63,917 nt of DNA, filler included, from Lama guanicoe (GCA_013239625.1; 194 parts of 194 records of this genome joined end to end with filler, not necessarily neighbours in it), one strand, 5' to 3'. Numbered from the whole stretch's first letter, positions 25,309 to 38,938 are shown. The notes: generated by a model from the letters alone, not told the origin. Made by a program: numbers and translations.

Positions 25309-26070
25309 CTNNNNNNNNNNNNNNNNNNNNNNNNNNNNNNNNNNNNNNNNNNNNTTAATTAATTAANNNNNNNNNNNNNNNNNNNNNNNNNNNNNNNNNN
25401 NNNNNNNNNNTTTATAAAGTAAAGAATTTCTTGTTACTAGATGTTTTAGAAGATTCCATATTGGGGATTTTATAGAGTGGATTCTTAATTTGGGTAGGAA
25501 ATTAGATACCAAATTACTTTTAAACTTATGTAACGATCTGATGTTCAAGCTATGAGCTTCGTTGTCTCTGTTGCACCTGGATTTTTGCATTTATTTCTCA
25601 GACTAATCTCATCAGTCTTTTAGTAATTTAGTTTTAGAGANNNNNNNNNNNNNNNNNNNNNNNNNNNNNNNNNNNNNNNNNNNNTTAATTAATTAANNNN
25701 NNNNNNNNNNNNNNNNNNNNNNNNNNNNNNNNNNNNNNNNTATATATATATATATATATCTTATTATAAATCACAGTACCACAGTTCCCAAATCAATAAA
25801 ACATCTTTACCCTATAAAGACCGCACACTCATGGTCCCTAAAATGAGAGATGGAATCCCTTCCAGCTTCACCATGCTGATTCGAAGACTGAGATATGGCT
25901 CGAATCTTGACATGAAGACTATAAGTTGATGTATTATTGACTCACTAGCATTAATTAGTTAATAGCATGTNNNNNNNNNNNNNNNNNNNNNNNNNNNNNN
26001 NNNNNNNNNNNNNNTTAATTAATTAANNNNNNNNNNNNNNNNNNNNNNNNNNNNNNNNNNNNNNNNNNNN

Positions 26071-26300
26071 GGATGGGGGCTGCTCCCCAGGAAGACCAAG
26101 CCTCGATTAGAAACTTGCAGCTTTCAGCCCTCCCCCCTAACCTCCAGGGAGGAAGGGCGTGAGACTGGGTTAGTCACCCATGGCCAATGATTTGATCAGT
26201 CATGCCTACATAGTGAAATCTCCATAAAACCTCTAGAGTGCAGGGTTTGGAGAGCTTCCAGGTGAGTGAACACATCAAGGTGCTGGGAGGGTGGCAGGCT
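26071..26300. mobile_element. MER21-like LTR fragment
   Basis: TGGCCAATGATTT.ATCA.TCATGCCTAC.TA.TGAAA.CTCCATAAAA...GAGAGCTTCC.GGT..GTGAACACATC.AGGTGCTGGGAGGGTGG. Confidence 0.75.
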
Positions 26301-26400
26301 NNNNNNNNNNNNNNNNNNNNNNNNNNNNNNNNNNNNNNNNNNNNTTAATTAATTAANNNNNNNNNNNNNNNNNNNNNNNNNNNNNNNNNNNNNNNNNNNN

Positions 26401-26573
26401 CACTGTGAAGTTGATAGTCTGAAACCCAGAAGACAGGCTTGACCAGAACTCAACCATGCTGGCCTCCTGATCTCAGACTTGTGACCTTTGAAACTGTGAG
26501 AAAGAAATGTCTGCTGCTTGTAAGCCACCCAGTATATGACATTTTGTTATAGCAGACTGAACAGACTGAGACT
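26401..26573 (+). mobile_element. MLT1 (MaLR) LTR 3' end
   Basis: CCATGCTGGC..CCTGATCTCAGACTT...AACTGTGAGAAA.AAAT.TCTG...TAAGCCACCCAGT.TATG..ATTTTGTTATAGCAG.CTGAACAGACT.AGAC. Confidence 0.85.
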
Positions 26574-27390
26574 CCATATCTGTATCACACAAAATAGACC
26601 TCTAGTCAAAAGCTGTTAAAAGTGACAATGNNNNNNNNNNNNNNNNNNNNNNNNNNNNNNNNNNNNNNNNNNNNTTAATTAATTAANNNNNNNNNNNNNN
26701 NNNNNNNNNNNNNNNNNNNNNNNNNNNNNNGAGTAATCATTAGTTAGAATGTTCTAAAAGTTTCATCTTATTTGGGAAGGTAAATATCATGAATAAATTT
26801 ATGACATGTTTTAAAACTATACACTTTCAGAAAATATGTTAATAATTAAGATCAGCCAATAAATTAATAGTAATACTGTCTACAGCTTTCAAAATGTATT
26901 GCAGGAGTCCGGGAGAGAATGTTGACAAAATTTTAAGACAACAGAAAGCCAGAAAAAAGANNNNNNNNNNNNNNNNNNNNNNNNNNNNNNNNNNNNNNNN
27001 NNNNTTAATTAATTAANNNNNNNNNNNNNNNNNNNNNNNNNNNNNNNNNNNNNNNNNNNNTTTTATCATTATCAGCCTCAATATCTGAATAGAAAAGGAT
27101 ATGAACTAGCAAAACATTCATCAATTAAGGGAAAAATAAACCTTAAATCTGTAGGAGAATCTGCATTTGTCTATGCACCTACAGGTAGGTATGTCTGTAT
27201 AGGAATTTCTCATAAGACTTACATAGTGAATCTGACTTTTTCTATGTACAGGGGTAACTAGTCACTTAGTATTTTTAGCCTTAAGATTCANNNNNNNNNN
27301 NNNNNNNNNNNNNNNNNNNNNNNNNNNNNNNNNNTTAATTAATTAANNNNNNNNNNNNNNNNNNNNNNNNNNNNNNNNNNNNNNNNNNNN

Positions 27391-27620
27391 AGACCCTCCC
27401 CGGCGCCAGCCCGGGGGCAGCTCTGGTGCAGCGACGCCAGACGCCTAGACTTCAGACCAGAGCTCATCAGCCCGTGTCCGTGTCCGTGAGTTTCACTGCC
27501 AGCCAAAACCAGCGCTGTGTGCCAACAGCAAAGCATCTCAGCCGCTGAGGCCAGGGGGCAGTGTCGTCGCCACGCGACAGCTCTGCGGGGACGCGCGGCG
27601 GCCACGGCGCGGCGGGCCAG
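27391..27620. promoter_or_regulatory. CpG-rich fragment (possible CpG island)
   Basis: High GC with many CpGs (cgtcgccacgcga, acgcgcggcggccacggcgcggcgg). Confidence 0.4.
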
Positions 27621-28050
27621 NNNNNNNNNNNNNNNNNNNNNNNNNNNNNNNNNNNNNNNNNNNNTTAATTAATTAANNNNNNNNNNNNNNNNNNNNNNNN
27701 NNNNNNNNNNNNNNNNNNNNGACCCCCGAGGACCTATTGCTGTTCTCATAGATGAGGAGTTTGGGGGCCATCCCTGGGAGCTGTTGTTACCACTGAACAC
27801 CATTACCACCCCCAATATTGCTGCTGCTTCCAGTGCAGGAGATGGTGACCTTCTGGCCCTGTGATCCAGACACAGAGGGCGGCTGAGTCAGTACAGACTG
27901 TGCCCAGGACCCTGCAAGTGGGAGAGACAGAGATGCTGATTCTGGGGCCCNNNNNNNNNNNNNNNNNNNNNNNNNNNNNNNNNNNNNNNNNNNNTTAATT
28001 AATTAANNNNNNNNNNNNNNNNNNNNNNNNNNNNNNNNNNNNNNNNNNNN

Positions 28051-28280
28051 CTGGTGCCCCCCATCCAAGACTCACTCAGCTGGGTCGGAGGCCCTGTCCG
28101 CCCTTCCATCTTCAAACCCTCATCCTGCATCCTTCCTGTCGCACTCCTCAAGGCAGTCACGGCAAGGAGACTGTCGGTCAGTTGAGGAGGGAGAAGGGGT
28201 CAGGAGTGAGGCTCCCAGGTGGGTCTGAGCGTTGGCACCTGTGACGCCACCCACAGTCCCTTTCCCACCACCTCCTTCCA
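28051..28280. other. Bubble arm paired with 54779-55008
   Basis: Same endpoints, 6 substitutions, first at base 50 and last at base 181. Confidence 0.9.
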
Positions 28281-29499
28281 NNNNNNNNNNNNNNNNNNNN
28301 NNNNNNNNNNNNNNNNNNNNNNNNTTAATTAATTAANNNNNNNNNNNNNNNNNNNNNNNNNNNNNNNNNNNNNNNNNNNNTCCTCTTTCATCAACACACA
28401 CATTAGGGAAGTCTCAGTCTTCCACGTGTGAATTTTCACAGGTCACAGGTCTGGGGAGTGTGAGTGATTAAGGCTTTCCTCTGCGGGAAACCCCATGAGG
28501 GACACTTGCTCGCCTGTCAGTGTAGGAAGAAGCATCACGTCCTCGGATGCTCAGACTCCGCGTCCTCTCCTGCCGGCTCTGGTCCCCGGGCCCCGGCACC
28601 ATGCCCATCCNNNNNNNNNNNNNNNNNNNNNNNNNNNNNNNNNNNNNNNNNNNNTTAATTAATTAANNNNNNNNNNNNNNNNNNNNNNNNNNNNNNNNNN
28701 NNNNNNNNNNTATACCTTGAGAAACAATCAAGTTAAGAAAGCCTTTAAGGACTTAATCAAAAGAATTGTCTTGCTCTCATCTTAGTAAAAGAACATAATA
28801 TTTTTAAAAGATTGTGTCAAAAATAAGAATAAATGGCCATAGAGATTTATTTTTGAAGTTTGTAATCTTCTTTTTTAATAATACACATGTGAGTAACAGT
28901 AAATTTCTCAACATTTCTGTAACCAAGCTTCTATTGAGCCNNNNNNNNNNNNNNNNNNNNNNNNNNNNNNNNNNNNNNNNNNNNTTAATTAATTAANNNN
29001 NNNNNNNNNNNNNNNNNNNNNNNNNNNNNNNNNNNNNNNNGGGCACGGACCCCGGAGTGGTCTCTCCCGGGCCAGTTTGTGATCCGTGTCTGAGTCTTAC
29101 CGGCTCGCCCGGCACGTGCAGATTTCCGGCCACCCGACCGGCCCTATAGCTTGGTCTTCCCCGCGTTCTTTTGATGGCTCTGGCTAACAATTTATAGTCT
29201 CAGGTGACAATTCTACCCTCTGCGCACCCTCCAGCCTGAAGTAGCTTTGCCTCCCAACTCAGCTCCCCTCNNNNNNNNNNNNNNNNNNNNNNNNNNNNNN
29301 NNNNNNNNNNNNNNTTAATTAATTAANNNNNNNNNNNNNNNNNNNNNNNNNNNNNNNNNNNNNNNNNNNNAAAATTAAATTTACTGATAATTTTTCATAG
29401 GAAGGAAAATGCTTGTTACGTAATATTAATTTGAAAAGTCAAAATTATAAACTGTATTAACAAGGACAACATAAAGGAATGGCACTAAAAGAGGAAGTA

Positions 29500-29600
29500 C
29501 ATTTGACCCTTGAACAACAGAGATTTGAACTGTGCAGGTCTACTTATATGTGGATTTTTTTCAGTAGTAAATACTGCAGTACTGCATGATCTGTGGTTGG
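29500..29600. mobile_element. Tigger2-family (MER28/Tigger2a-like) end with TA target site
   Basis: TA-CATTTGACCCTTGAACAACAG.GATTTGAACTGTGCAGGTCTACTTATATGTGGATTTTTTTCA. Confidence 0.8.
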
Positions 29601-31350
29601 NNNNNNNNNNNNNNNNNNNNNNNNNNNNNNNNNNNNNNNNNNNNTTAATTAATTAANNNNNNNNNNNNNNNNNNNNNNNNNNNNNNNNNNNNNNNNNNNN
29701 CATCATCTCAGAAATAGAGACAATCCTTTCTCAGTTACCACCTCAAACTGCTTTAAGGCAATGACTGATGGCCACTCTGGGGGGTCACCAGCACTTTGAG
29801 ACACACCCTCCTGCACTGCCGTGCTAATGAGATTGCCTAGAGCTCCTGAATTTACACTTCTCCCATTGCTGTTTAACCCTTTGTGCGTCTTACTTCCCAA
29901 TCACATGGAGTCAACAAGGTGATAGTTCTGNNNNNNNNNNNNNNNNNNNNNNNNNNNNNNNNNNNNNNNNNNNNTTAATTAATTAANNNNNNNNNNNNNN
30001 NNNNNNNNNNNNNNNNNNNNNNNNNNNNNNTGTGCAGAAAAGATTGTAAAGGATTTATTTAGGGAAGGGAAAGTACACCCCTAAGAACAGGAGGCAGGCT
30101 GATCCAAGGGCAGATAGCAATGGTCTTTGTCCCTCCTCTTTTACCCTCACTTAGAGGTGATCTTTTGATTGACAGCTCTTGCCCCTGGAATGCCCAGTCA
30201 TGTTTATCCCCTTTGCACATGTCCTTACCCATGATACACACAGAGAAACCCATGGGGGGGNNNNNNNNNNNNNNNNNNNNNNNNNNNNNNNNNNNNNNNN
30301 NNNNTTAATTAATTAANNNNNNNNNNNNNNNNNNNNNNNNNNNNNNNNNNNNNNNNNNNNCTTACAGAAAACATCCTTACTTGGCTTTTAAAAGGGATTC
30401 GTGCAAACTGTTCATACCCTGAACAATACAGCCCACTCAACACGATCTCGTGTTATTAAAGCTTTTATCCATGAGCCAAGTATCATCAAAACCCATGAAC
30501 ACTAACTGGACACACATCCATCTGAAGAACGCGACTGGGTCCTTTTCGTTTCAAGATGGCAGACTGTTCGCAATGAATGACCTTTGCTCANNNNNNNNNN
30601 NNNNNNNNNNNNNNNNNNNNNNNNNNNNNNNNNNTTAATTAATTAANNNNNNNNNNNNNNNNNNNNNNNNNNNNNNNNNNNNNNNNNNNNTTCATCCACT
30701 GATTCTTTGGATAAATATTTATTGAGTGTCTACTAGTACACTGTTCTTTTAAAATAAGTGAAGCTATATTTTGTCACTCTGATACTCAGTAGTCTTTAAC
30801 ACTTAATTGAAACATAAATTACATTTGGATAGCATTTTATAGTCTCCAAAGGTTTTTTCATTTCTCATAACAACACAGTGGAGTCAGGAAATTCTAGAGA
30901 CCAATAGACTCATTTTTCATNNNNNNNNNNNNNNNNNNNNNNNNNNNNNNNNNNNNNNNNNNNNTTAATTAATTAANNNNNNNNNNNNNNNNNNNNNNNN
31001 NNNNNNNNNNNNNNNNNNNNATCTGGGAGCACGGAGAGAGCGCGGTTCCAGGCTGGCGAAAGCTCTCCAATACCTGTGGTGGAGGTGGTTATAGTAAAAC
31101 CCATTTGTTCCATGTCTACGAAGTGCAGGGATGCAAGTATGAAGTTTTGCAGTAGCACCGATGGTTCCAGGGGCAGAGGAGACACGTGGAGCTTCTCAGT
31201 CGGTCATGTTTTCAGCTCAGTGTGGGACAGCGGAGAACCAGCTGAGAGAGNNNNNNNNNNNNNNNNNNNNNNNNNNNNNNNNNNNNNNNNNNNNTTAATT
31301 AATTAANNNNNNNNNNNNNNNNNNNNNNNNNNNNNNNNNNNNNNNNNNNN

Positions 31351-31580
31351 GGCCTGTTTCACTTGGCATGATGTTTTTGTTTTTAAGGTTCATCTTTGTA
31401 TTCCTTTTTATGGCTTCATTCCTTTTTATGGCTGAAAAATATTCCACTGTATAGATATACCACATTTGTTTATCTACTCACCGGTTGATAGATATTTGGG
31501 CTGGCTCTAGTTTTTGGCTGTTATGAATATAGCTGCTCTGACCATTCACATATGTCTTTGTGTGGACTTCATTCCTTTTT
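31351..31580 (-). mobile_element. Old L1 3' region fragment
   Basis: TTCCTTTTTATGGCTGAA.AATATTCCA.TGTATAGATATACCACATTTGTTTATC...TTTTTGGCT.TTATGAAT. Confidence 0.8.
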
Positions 31581-32010
31581 NNNNNNNNNNNNNNNNNNNN
31601 NNNNNNNNNNNNNNNNNNNNNNNNTTAATTAATTAANNNNNNNNNNNNNNNNNNNNNNNNNNNNNNNNNNNNNNNNNNNNAGTGCGGTCACCTCCATGAA
31701 TCTGTAAGCTTTGTGAGGGCAGGAGTGTGTTGTTCATAGTTATAATTTGCTTCTCAGAATCCATGGTAAGACCTGGGACATCCGGGTACCTTAATTAGTA
31801 TTTGTGAAAGGGAATCACCTATGTGATGACCTATGGTCACCCCATAGAGAGCCCCAACTTCAAGAAAATTCAATATATAAAGACCTAGAATTATACAATG
31901 GATAAACTGTNNNNNNNNNNNNNNNNNNNNNNNNNNNNNNNNNNNNNNNNNNNNTTAATTAATTAANNNNNNNNNNNNNNNNNNNNNNNNNNNNNNNNNN
32001 NNNNNNNNNN

Positions 32011-32239
32011 GAATCCTGAGCGTCGGGAGGTTCCACCAAAGGTCCGCAGCGCGTGCGTTTTAAGGGAATGCCTAAGCTCGTCACCCGTGAGGGTTTTCCT
32101 AATGTCTCTGTGCCAGGGAACGCTAGGTTGGTTTTCAGGAAATCGCAGAGACAGAGGTTGCCTCCCAAAGGTCAGGGAAGATATTTCTCAGACTTCCTCC
32201 GAACCGGGAACACCTGTGACTGAAGAGAGCTGCGTGGAT
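32011..32239. repeat. Satellite DNA fragment, ~268-bp monomer (same family as 60059-60287)
   Basis: 32011-32159 aligns ungapped to 60139-60287 (25 mismatches in 149), while the end of this contig matches the start of the other (circular permutation). Confidence 0.85.
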
Positions 32240-33659
32240 NNNNNNNNNNNNNNNNNNNNNNNNNNNNNNNNNNNNNNNNNNNNTTAATTAATTAANNNNN
32301 NNNNNNNNNNNNNNNNNNNNNNNNNNNNNNNNNNNNNNNTGGTTCTCAAGCAGCAGTTTGGATGCCCTGCTCCTTCTGCGGTGCCAGGTGGCTCAAGCTG
32401 CCGTGGAGTCCCTTTGGGCCTTACAGGATGCAAACAAGCACGACGAGGGAGCGTCGATCCCACAGGACGCGGTAAGCATGATGCTGTGCATGGATGGTAA
32501 TCACGTCATCACATAGGCCAGTCCCGTTGGTTCATCAGGGCCTGGCCTGTTTGATGGATGATGGAGAAANNNNNNNNNNNNNNNNNNNNNNNNNNNNNNN
32601 NNNNNNNNNNNNNTTAATTAATTAANNNNNNNNNNNNNNNNNNNNNNNNNNNNNNNNNNNNNNNNNNNNGTAGCTGAGGTTGCGTGTGGCCCTGAAGCCT
32701 TGGAGTAAGGATACTTATAGCTGAGGACGCTGTCAAATGATGAAATGAAAACAACTTAGTAATGAGTGTAATATCATTTATTCAAGGGAAAACAATCCAT
32801 GGATTGGGGGAGTGCAGTGGAGCACCGTTCTCAAGAGATTTGGGGCAACAATGAGTTTTGCAAAGCATTACAAGTTCCAACGTGGCAACAGGGTATGTTN
32901 NNNNNNNNNNNNNNNNNNNNNNNNNNNNNNNNNNNNNNNNNNNTTAATTAATTAANNNNNNNNNNNNNNNNNNNNNNNNNNNNNNNNNNNNNNNNNNNNT
33001 CCTTATAAACAAAAATAAATTTCTCAGTTCCTTGGATTGTTATCAGCTGATTCTTCTCAGCAATGAGCTTCATGTAATGTTTCAAAATAAATATCACACC
33101 ACTTCTGTTATGTTATTTTATTATTATTATTAATTTATTATTATTATTAATTAATATTTTATTATTTTTTCTTTTGAGGTAACTGAACAGGGTTTTTGAA
33201 AGCACATACCCAAAATGAGTAATATTTCTNNNNNNNNNNNNNNNNNNNNNNNNNNNNNNNNNNNNNNNNNNNNTTAATTAATTAANNNNNNNNNNNNNNN
33301 NNNNNNNNNNNNNNNNNNNNNNNNNNNNNAAAATGTCTTGTTTACTATCTTGCTTCAGAAAGTATTTATACACAGTGAATCCTCAGAGGGCAAGGATGAT
33401 GCCTGGACACACTTGCCCCCGAAAGCTCTGCCTGCTCCTGCTGGGAAATCCAGCACTGTTTCTCACTAGGTGTTCAGCCCTCAGCGTCCCCTACACAGCC
33501 CCCCTCCCGAGAAGGAGGCTCATTCACTCCCTGTCCTTGCAGCAATGCCTCTGGAGTCCNNNNNNNNNNNNNNNNNNNNNNNNNNNNNNNNNNNNNNNNN
33601 NNNTTAATTAATTAANNNNNNNNNNNNNNNNNNNNNNNNNNNNNNNNNNNNNNNNNNNN

Positions 33660-33889
33660 CACACACCATGATCAAGCGGGATTTATCTCAGGGATGCAAA
33701 GACTTTTCAATATCCACAAATCAATCAATGTGATGCAGCACATTAACAAGTCGAAGAATAAAAACCATATGATCATCTCAATAGATGCAGATAAAGCTTG
33801 TGATAAAATTCAACATCCATTTATGATAAAAACTCTCCAGAAAATGGACATAGAGGGAACATACCTCAATATAATAAAGGCCATATATG
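33660..33889 (+). mobile_element. L1 ORF2 reverse transcriptase fragment, frame open
   Basis: [75 protein letters not shown] (canonical HHDQVGFIPGMQGWFNI...[16 protein letters not shown]). Confidence 0.95.
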
Positions 33890-34520
33890 NNNNNNNNNNN
33901 NNNNNNNNNNNNNNNNNNNNNNNNNNNNNNNNNTTAATTAATTAANNNNNNNNNNNNNNNNNNNNNNNNNNNNNNNNNNNNNNNNNNNNCTCACTTAATA
34001 ACAATAGAGCATAAAGACTTTCTGAAATCCATAAAAACGCTTTTCCAAGTTAATTTTAAGGCTATATGATTTTGCCAAATAGTATATATTGTAAATACCT
34101 AACTATTCCTCATTGGGAACGTCTAGGTTACATCAGTACTCTCTCATTTATGACACTTCTTGTCTCTTTCAATGAGTAGTTATTTTAAGAAATTCTAACC
34201 CACACTTTCACACCAAGGCNNNNNNNNNNNNNNNNNNNNNNNNNNNNNNNNNNNNNNNNNNNNTTAATTAATTAANNNNNNNNNNNNNNNNNNNNNNNNN
34301 NNNNNNNNNNNNNNNNNNNCCTCCTTTCTCAGTGTCACACCGTGTCAGTGGGTGAGCAGCTCTGTGCAGGCTGGTTCTCCCCTTCCATCCCTCTCCCTGC
34401 ATCTCCCTCTCCATCTCTTTAGGCCCAAGTCACCTCAGTGACGTCTGTAACATCTGAGGGCTTGAGGCCAGGTCTGTGTGATTTTGCCTCCTTGGGGCGG
34501 CTTGAATCCTTCCTTCTAAT

Positions 34521-34548
34521 ACACACACACACACACACACACACACAC
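34521..34548. repeat. (AC)14 microsatellite truncated at contig end
   Basis: Seen directly. Confidence 0.95.
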
Positions 34549-36628
34549 NNNNNNNNNNNNNNNNNNNNNNNNNNNNNNNNNNNNNNNNNNNNTTAATTAA
34601 TTAANNNNNNNNNNNNNNNNNNNNNNNNNNNNNNNNNNNNNNNNNNNNAAACCAGAGCAGCCTGAGACCCGGGAAGCCCCGTGAGGAAAGGGCTTGAAGA
34701 AGTCAAGGAGAGCAGCGGTGGGAAGTGTGGCTGCCAGGCCGTGCGAGGAGAGGACAGAGCTGCCCGTGAAGTCAGCACCTGGTGGGTGGTGGGGGATCCT
34801 GTCATGAGCAGTCGCAGTCAGTGGACACGCTTGCTTGGATGGAAAATGAGAGGAATCAGAGGAAGCGAATGGGAACAGNNNNNNNNNNNNNNNNNNNNNN
34901 NNNNNNNNNNNNNNNNNNNNNNTTAATTAATTAANNNNNNNNNNNNNNNNNNNNNNNNNNNNNNNNNNNNNNNNNNNNATCAAAGGTCAGACTGACTCCA
35001 CCCACTTACTCTGTTTCTTCTGGACAAATACCTGCTATAGTGTTTATTCATTCATTAGGAAAAATGATTTTATCAGTTTTCTTTTTCCCCTGGAATTCAT
35101 TTGTCGATGGAGACATACTCAAAAACTTTTGCAGACACAGAAAAATATTGGGCATACTAGATTCAAACTGGATGTGCATACATTTTACCTGTTTGGAGTC
35201 TATGTACANNNNNNNNNNNNNNNNNNNNNNNNNNNNNNNNNNNNNNNNNNNNTTAATTAATTAANNNNNNNNNNNNNNNNNNNNNNNNNNNNNNNNNNNN
35301 NNNNNNNNACTACCTGGGCCGAGAAAGCCCAACCTAGAAAAATCTTTTTAAGAAGCAGGGGTGGGGGAGCCAGAGCGGTCAGGGAAGGCTTCAGACAACG
35401 TGAGATTCGGCTTGGACTTGAAGTTTTGCAAGATCCTTCATCTGAAAGACATGTTTGGCCTGACCTACTTTCTTCAACAAGAGTCTTAACCTACAAACTT
35501 CCATTCACTCCTTTACCAAGAGGTCAGGCTACAGCCAGNNNNNNNNNNNNNNNNNNNNNNNNNNNNNNNNNNNNNNNNNNNNTTAATTAATTAANNNNNN
35601 NNNNNNNNNNNNNNNNNNNNNNNNNNNNNNNNNNNNNNCATTTCTGGCCTCCTCTAAGAGTGGGCAAAGCAGATTTTAGAGGCCAGATAAATCCTCAGGA
35701 AAAGGAATGCAGATGCTGGCGGTTGGAAGTAAGGCCAGCATATTTTGAAGGGATTTGAATGAGGGAATATGGGCGCTGCCCAGTGTCTACTATAAATGAA
35801 TTCTCTCTGGGCTTTGTCGAGGAGCCCACTGGTAACTGAATCATCAGATCGACCGTGAGCCACCACTTNNNNNNNNNNNNNNNNNNNNNNNNNNNNNNNN
35901 NNNNNNNNNNNNTTAATTAATTAANNNNNNNNNNNNNNNNNNNNNNNNNNNNNNNNNNNNNNNNNNNNAGGAATCTCCATACTGTTTTCCACAGTGGCTG
36001 CACCAAACTGCATTTCCCAGACATGACTTTAAAATCATAGCAAAATATGTCATTCTACTGGCTTTGTGATTATTTATCCTTATGACTCCTCTGTGTACTC
36101 AATGAAAAGCATTCAAATTGTGTAAAAGAGTGTGACTTTCTGTTGCAGTAAAATATAGATCAACAGAGACAAAAAGAGTAGTTTCAAGCTGAAAGGATNN
36201 NNNNNNNNNNNNNNNNNNNNNNNNNNNNNNNNNNNNNNNNNNTTAATTAATTAANNNNNNNNNNNNNNNNNNNNNNNNNNNNNNNNNNNNNNNNNNNNCT
36301 GTGGAGAGGGCTGGAACTTAAGGGAGGAGAAGGTAGTTGTAAAAAAGGAAAGGTAAAATATGGCAGTGAAGACGGCTCGAAACCCTGTGATTTTTTGACA
36401 CGTTGAGACACTGACCTTATGAGTTTTATAGGAGGGGACCCATAGGCATCAGTATGGTTTAAATGGGTGTGTGCAGGAAGGTCCGAATGGAGGTGTCATC
36501 CATGTACGGCTTTAGGAAGGAAGTACTANNNNNNNNNNNNNNNNNNNNNNNNNNNNNNNNNNNNNNNNNNNNTTAATTAATTAANNNNNNNNNNNNNNNN
36601 NNNNNNNNNNNNNNNNNNNNNNNNNNNN

Positions 36629-36858
36629 GTCTGCGCGCCCAGCGAGGGCCGCCCGGGAAGCGCCGCGAGTAACGCCCCGGCCAAGCGGCCAGGCCCTACC
36701 CGAGACCCCCTGCTGCGGTCCGGCCAGAGTCGGTGTCGCAGGTCGGGGCGGGTGCAACGGCCGCATTAGGCGAGACCAAGCGGGAAGCCGGGCGGGCGCG
36801 GCTGGCACGCGGGACGCGGACACTCACCACTCCACGCGGTAGGAGCCCTCGCGGATGA
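36629..36858. promoter_or_regulatory. CpG island fragment with a minus-strand splice donor
   Basis: Very CpG-rich, with GGGGCGGG; minus strand reads GAGTG|GTGAGT at 36828/36827. Confidence 0.5.
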
Positions 36859-38099
36859 NNNNNNNNNNNNNNNNNNNNNNNNNNNNNNNNNNNNNNNNNN
36901 NNTTAATTAATTAANNNNNNNNNNNNNNNNNNNNNNNNNNNNNNNNNNNNNNNNNNNNAGGTATTTGTTTTTTGAAGATTAAGTAAGAAATGCATTTTGT
37001 TTACGTGATTGACTTTATCTAGACTTTATAAATGTGATTTTTTAAATTAGCTACTTCATTGTTGGTGCCCTCATGGGAGATTTTAGTTTGACTAGTCAAT
37101 CTTTCTGCTAGGTTTTGGGCATTTGAATTTTTTGTTTGGTTGGTTTTGGGGATTTTTTGTGTGTGGGGGAGGTGATAAACTAAGAAGTNNNNNNNNNNNN
37201 NNNNNNNNNNNNNNNNNNNNNNNNNNNNNNNNTTAATTAATTAANNNNNNNNNNNNNNNNNNNNNNNNNNNNNNNNNNNNNNNNNNNNCTCTCCCACAAA
37301 TACACCAAAACTCACATCTACAGACCCACTGAGCCAAACAGAGCACCTGTCAAACTCTGACAGAACATCACCCTCTTCGAAAGACAAAGATTCCAAAAAT
37401 CTGGTAGGAGAAAAGGAAAAAAAAAGAAAAAGAAAAACAGTGTGGTACCGATCCCACGGGGAGGGGGCAGCAAAGGAGGACTGGCACTCATTTGCTGGGT
37501 CTCCCCTCTCCAACGGAGNNNNNNNNNNNNNNNNNNNNNNNNNNNNNNNNNNNNNNNNNNNNTTAATTAATTAANNNNNNNNNNNNNNNNNNNNNNNNNN
37601 NNNNNNNNNNNNNNNNNNATGACTAAGTTTTAAAACGAAGCTATGACATCTCTAGTCAGGTCCATTTATATGTCTATGTGTACATTATAAAGAATGTTTT
37701 TACTTCTGGATAGTATTATGAAAATTAATTTATAATAGCACTCTATTGAATTGACTTAAAAGCACTTATAAATTAATTACTTCTAAATGTAATAGAAACT
37801 AACCCAAATGAATTTCAAGTTCACATGATCTGGGAAATATTCAATATTNNNNNNNNNNNNNNNNNNNNNNNNNNNNNNNNNNNNNNNNNNNNTTAATTAA
37901 TTAANNNNNNNNNNNNNNNNNNNNNNNNNNNNNNNNNNNNNNNNNNNNAAGATAAATATCAATTCAACATAGACAGCTAACTGCCCTTAAAGTCCTATGC
38001 ATTTTTTAAATGTATCTTAATTTGGGGGGAGGAGTAGTGAAGAAGACATTGCCAATCGTATGTATGTTTGTGAGTTTTGGAAGCTTCCATTTATTTAAA

Positions 38100-38178
38100 G
38101 CAGGAGTTGGCAAATTTTTCTGGGTAAAAGACCAGATAATAAACATTTCAGCTTTTGCAGGCCATACGGTTTACTCAA
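38100..38178. mobile_element. MER58-like hAT-Charlie fossil end
   Basis: GCAGGAGTTGGCAAATTTTT...GTAAAAGACCAGATAATAAACATTT.AG.CTTTGCAGGCCATACGGT. Confidence 0.75.
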
Positions 38179-38938
38179 NNNNNNNNNNNNNNNNNNNNNN
38201 NNNNNNNNNNNNNNNNNNNNNNTTAATTAATTAANNNNNNNNNNNNNNNNNNNNNNNNNNNNNNNNNNNNNNNNNNNNTTACAATGTAGTCTTTTGAGAC
38301 ATTTAGGTTTTTAAAATATTTAATAACTGATGAGTATCGAAACTTTGGGAAAAGAAACAAAACTTCATCAAAATTAACAGTCTTCACACAAATAAGACAA
38401 ACAAGAGCTCATAATCATTCTGATAGTGAATAGTTTTGAATAGCTACCCATAATTATTTAGTTCTAATCCAAAATTCTTTAGAAATTAGGTATATATGTA
38501 TATTTTTCNNNNNNNNNNNNNNNNNNNNNNNNNNNNNNNNNNNNNNNNNNNNTTAATTAATTAANNNNNNNNNNNNNNNNNNNNNNNNNNNNNNNNNNNN
38601 NNNNNNNNTTAAAGGGCGAGCTTGACTTTGTCACACACATTCCTGGAGAACAACACGTGAACAAGACAGGTCACAGGCACTCACCCCCCCCCCATAAGCA
38701 CGCTCCCCAAGTCACAGCAAGTCCCTGGATGGCATGTGTTCAGATGCACAGTAAGTCAGAGCATCACAGCCGGAACTGGTGACTTGGAAGAGCCTGCCTA
38801 CCTAAGGCACAAAATCACGCTTCCAAGCTGCGACCTCGNNNNNNNNNNNNNNNNNNNNNNNNNNNNNNNNNNNNNNNNNNNNTTAATTAATTAANNNNNN
38901 NNNNNNNNNNNNNNNNNNNNNNNNNNNNNNNNNNNNNN

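Noticed and set aside
32011..32239. CENP-B box in the 268-bp satellite
   Set aside because: By eye I found no match to the TTCG....A..CGGG core in either satellite contig
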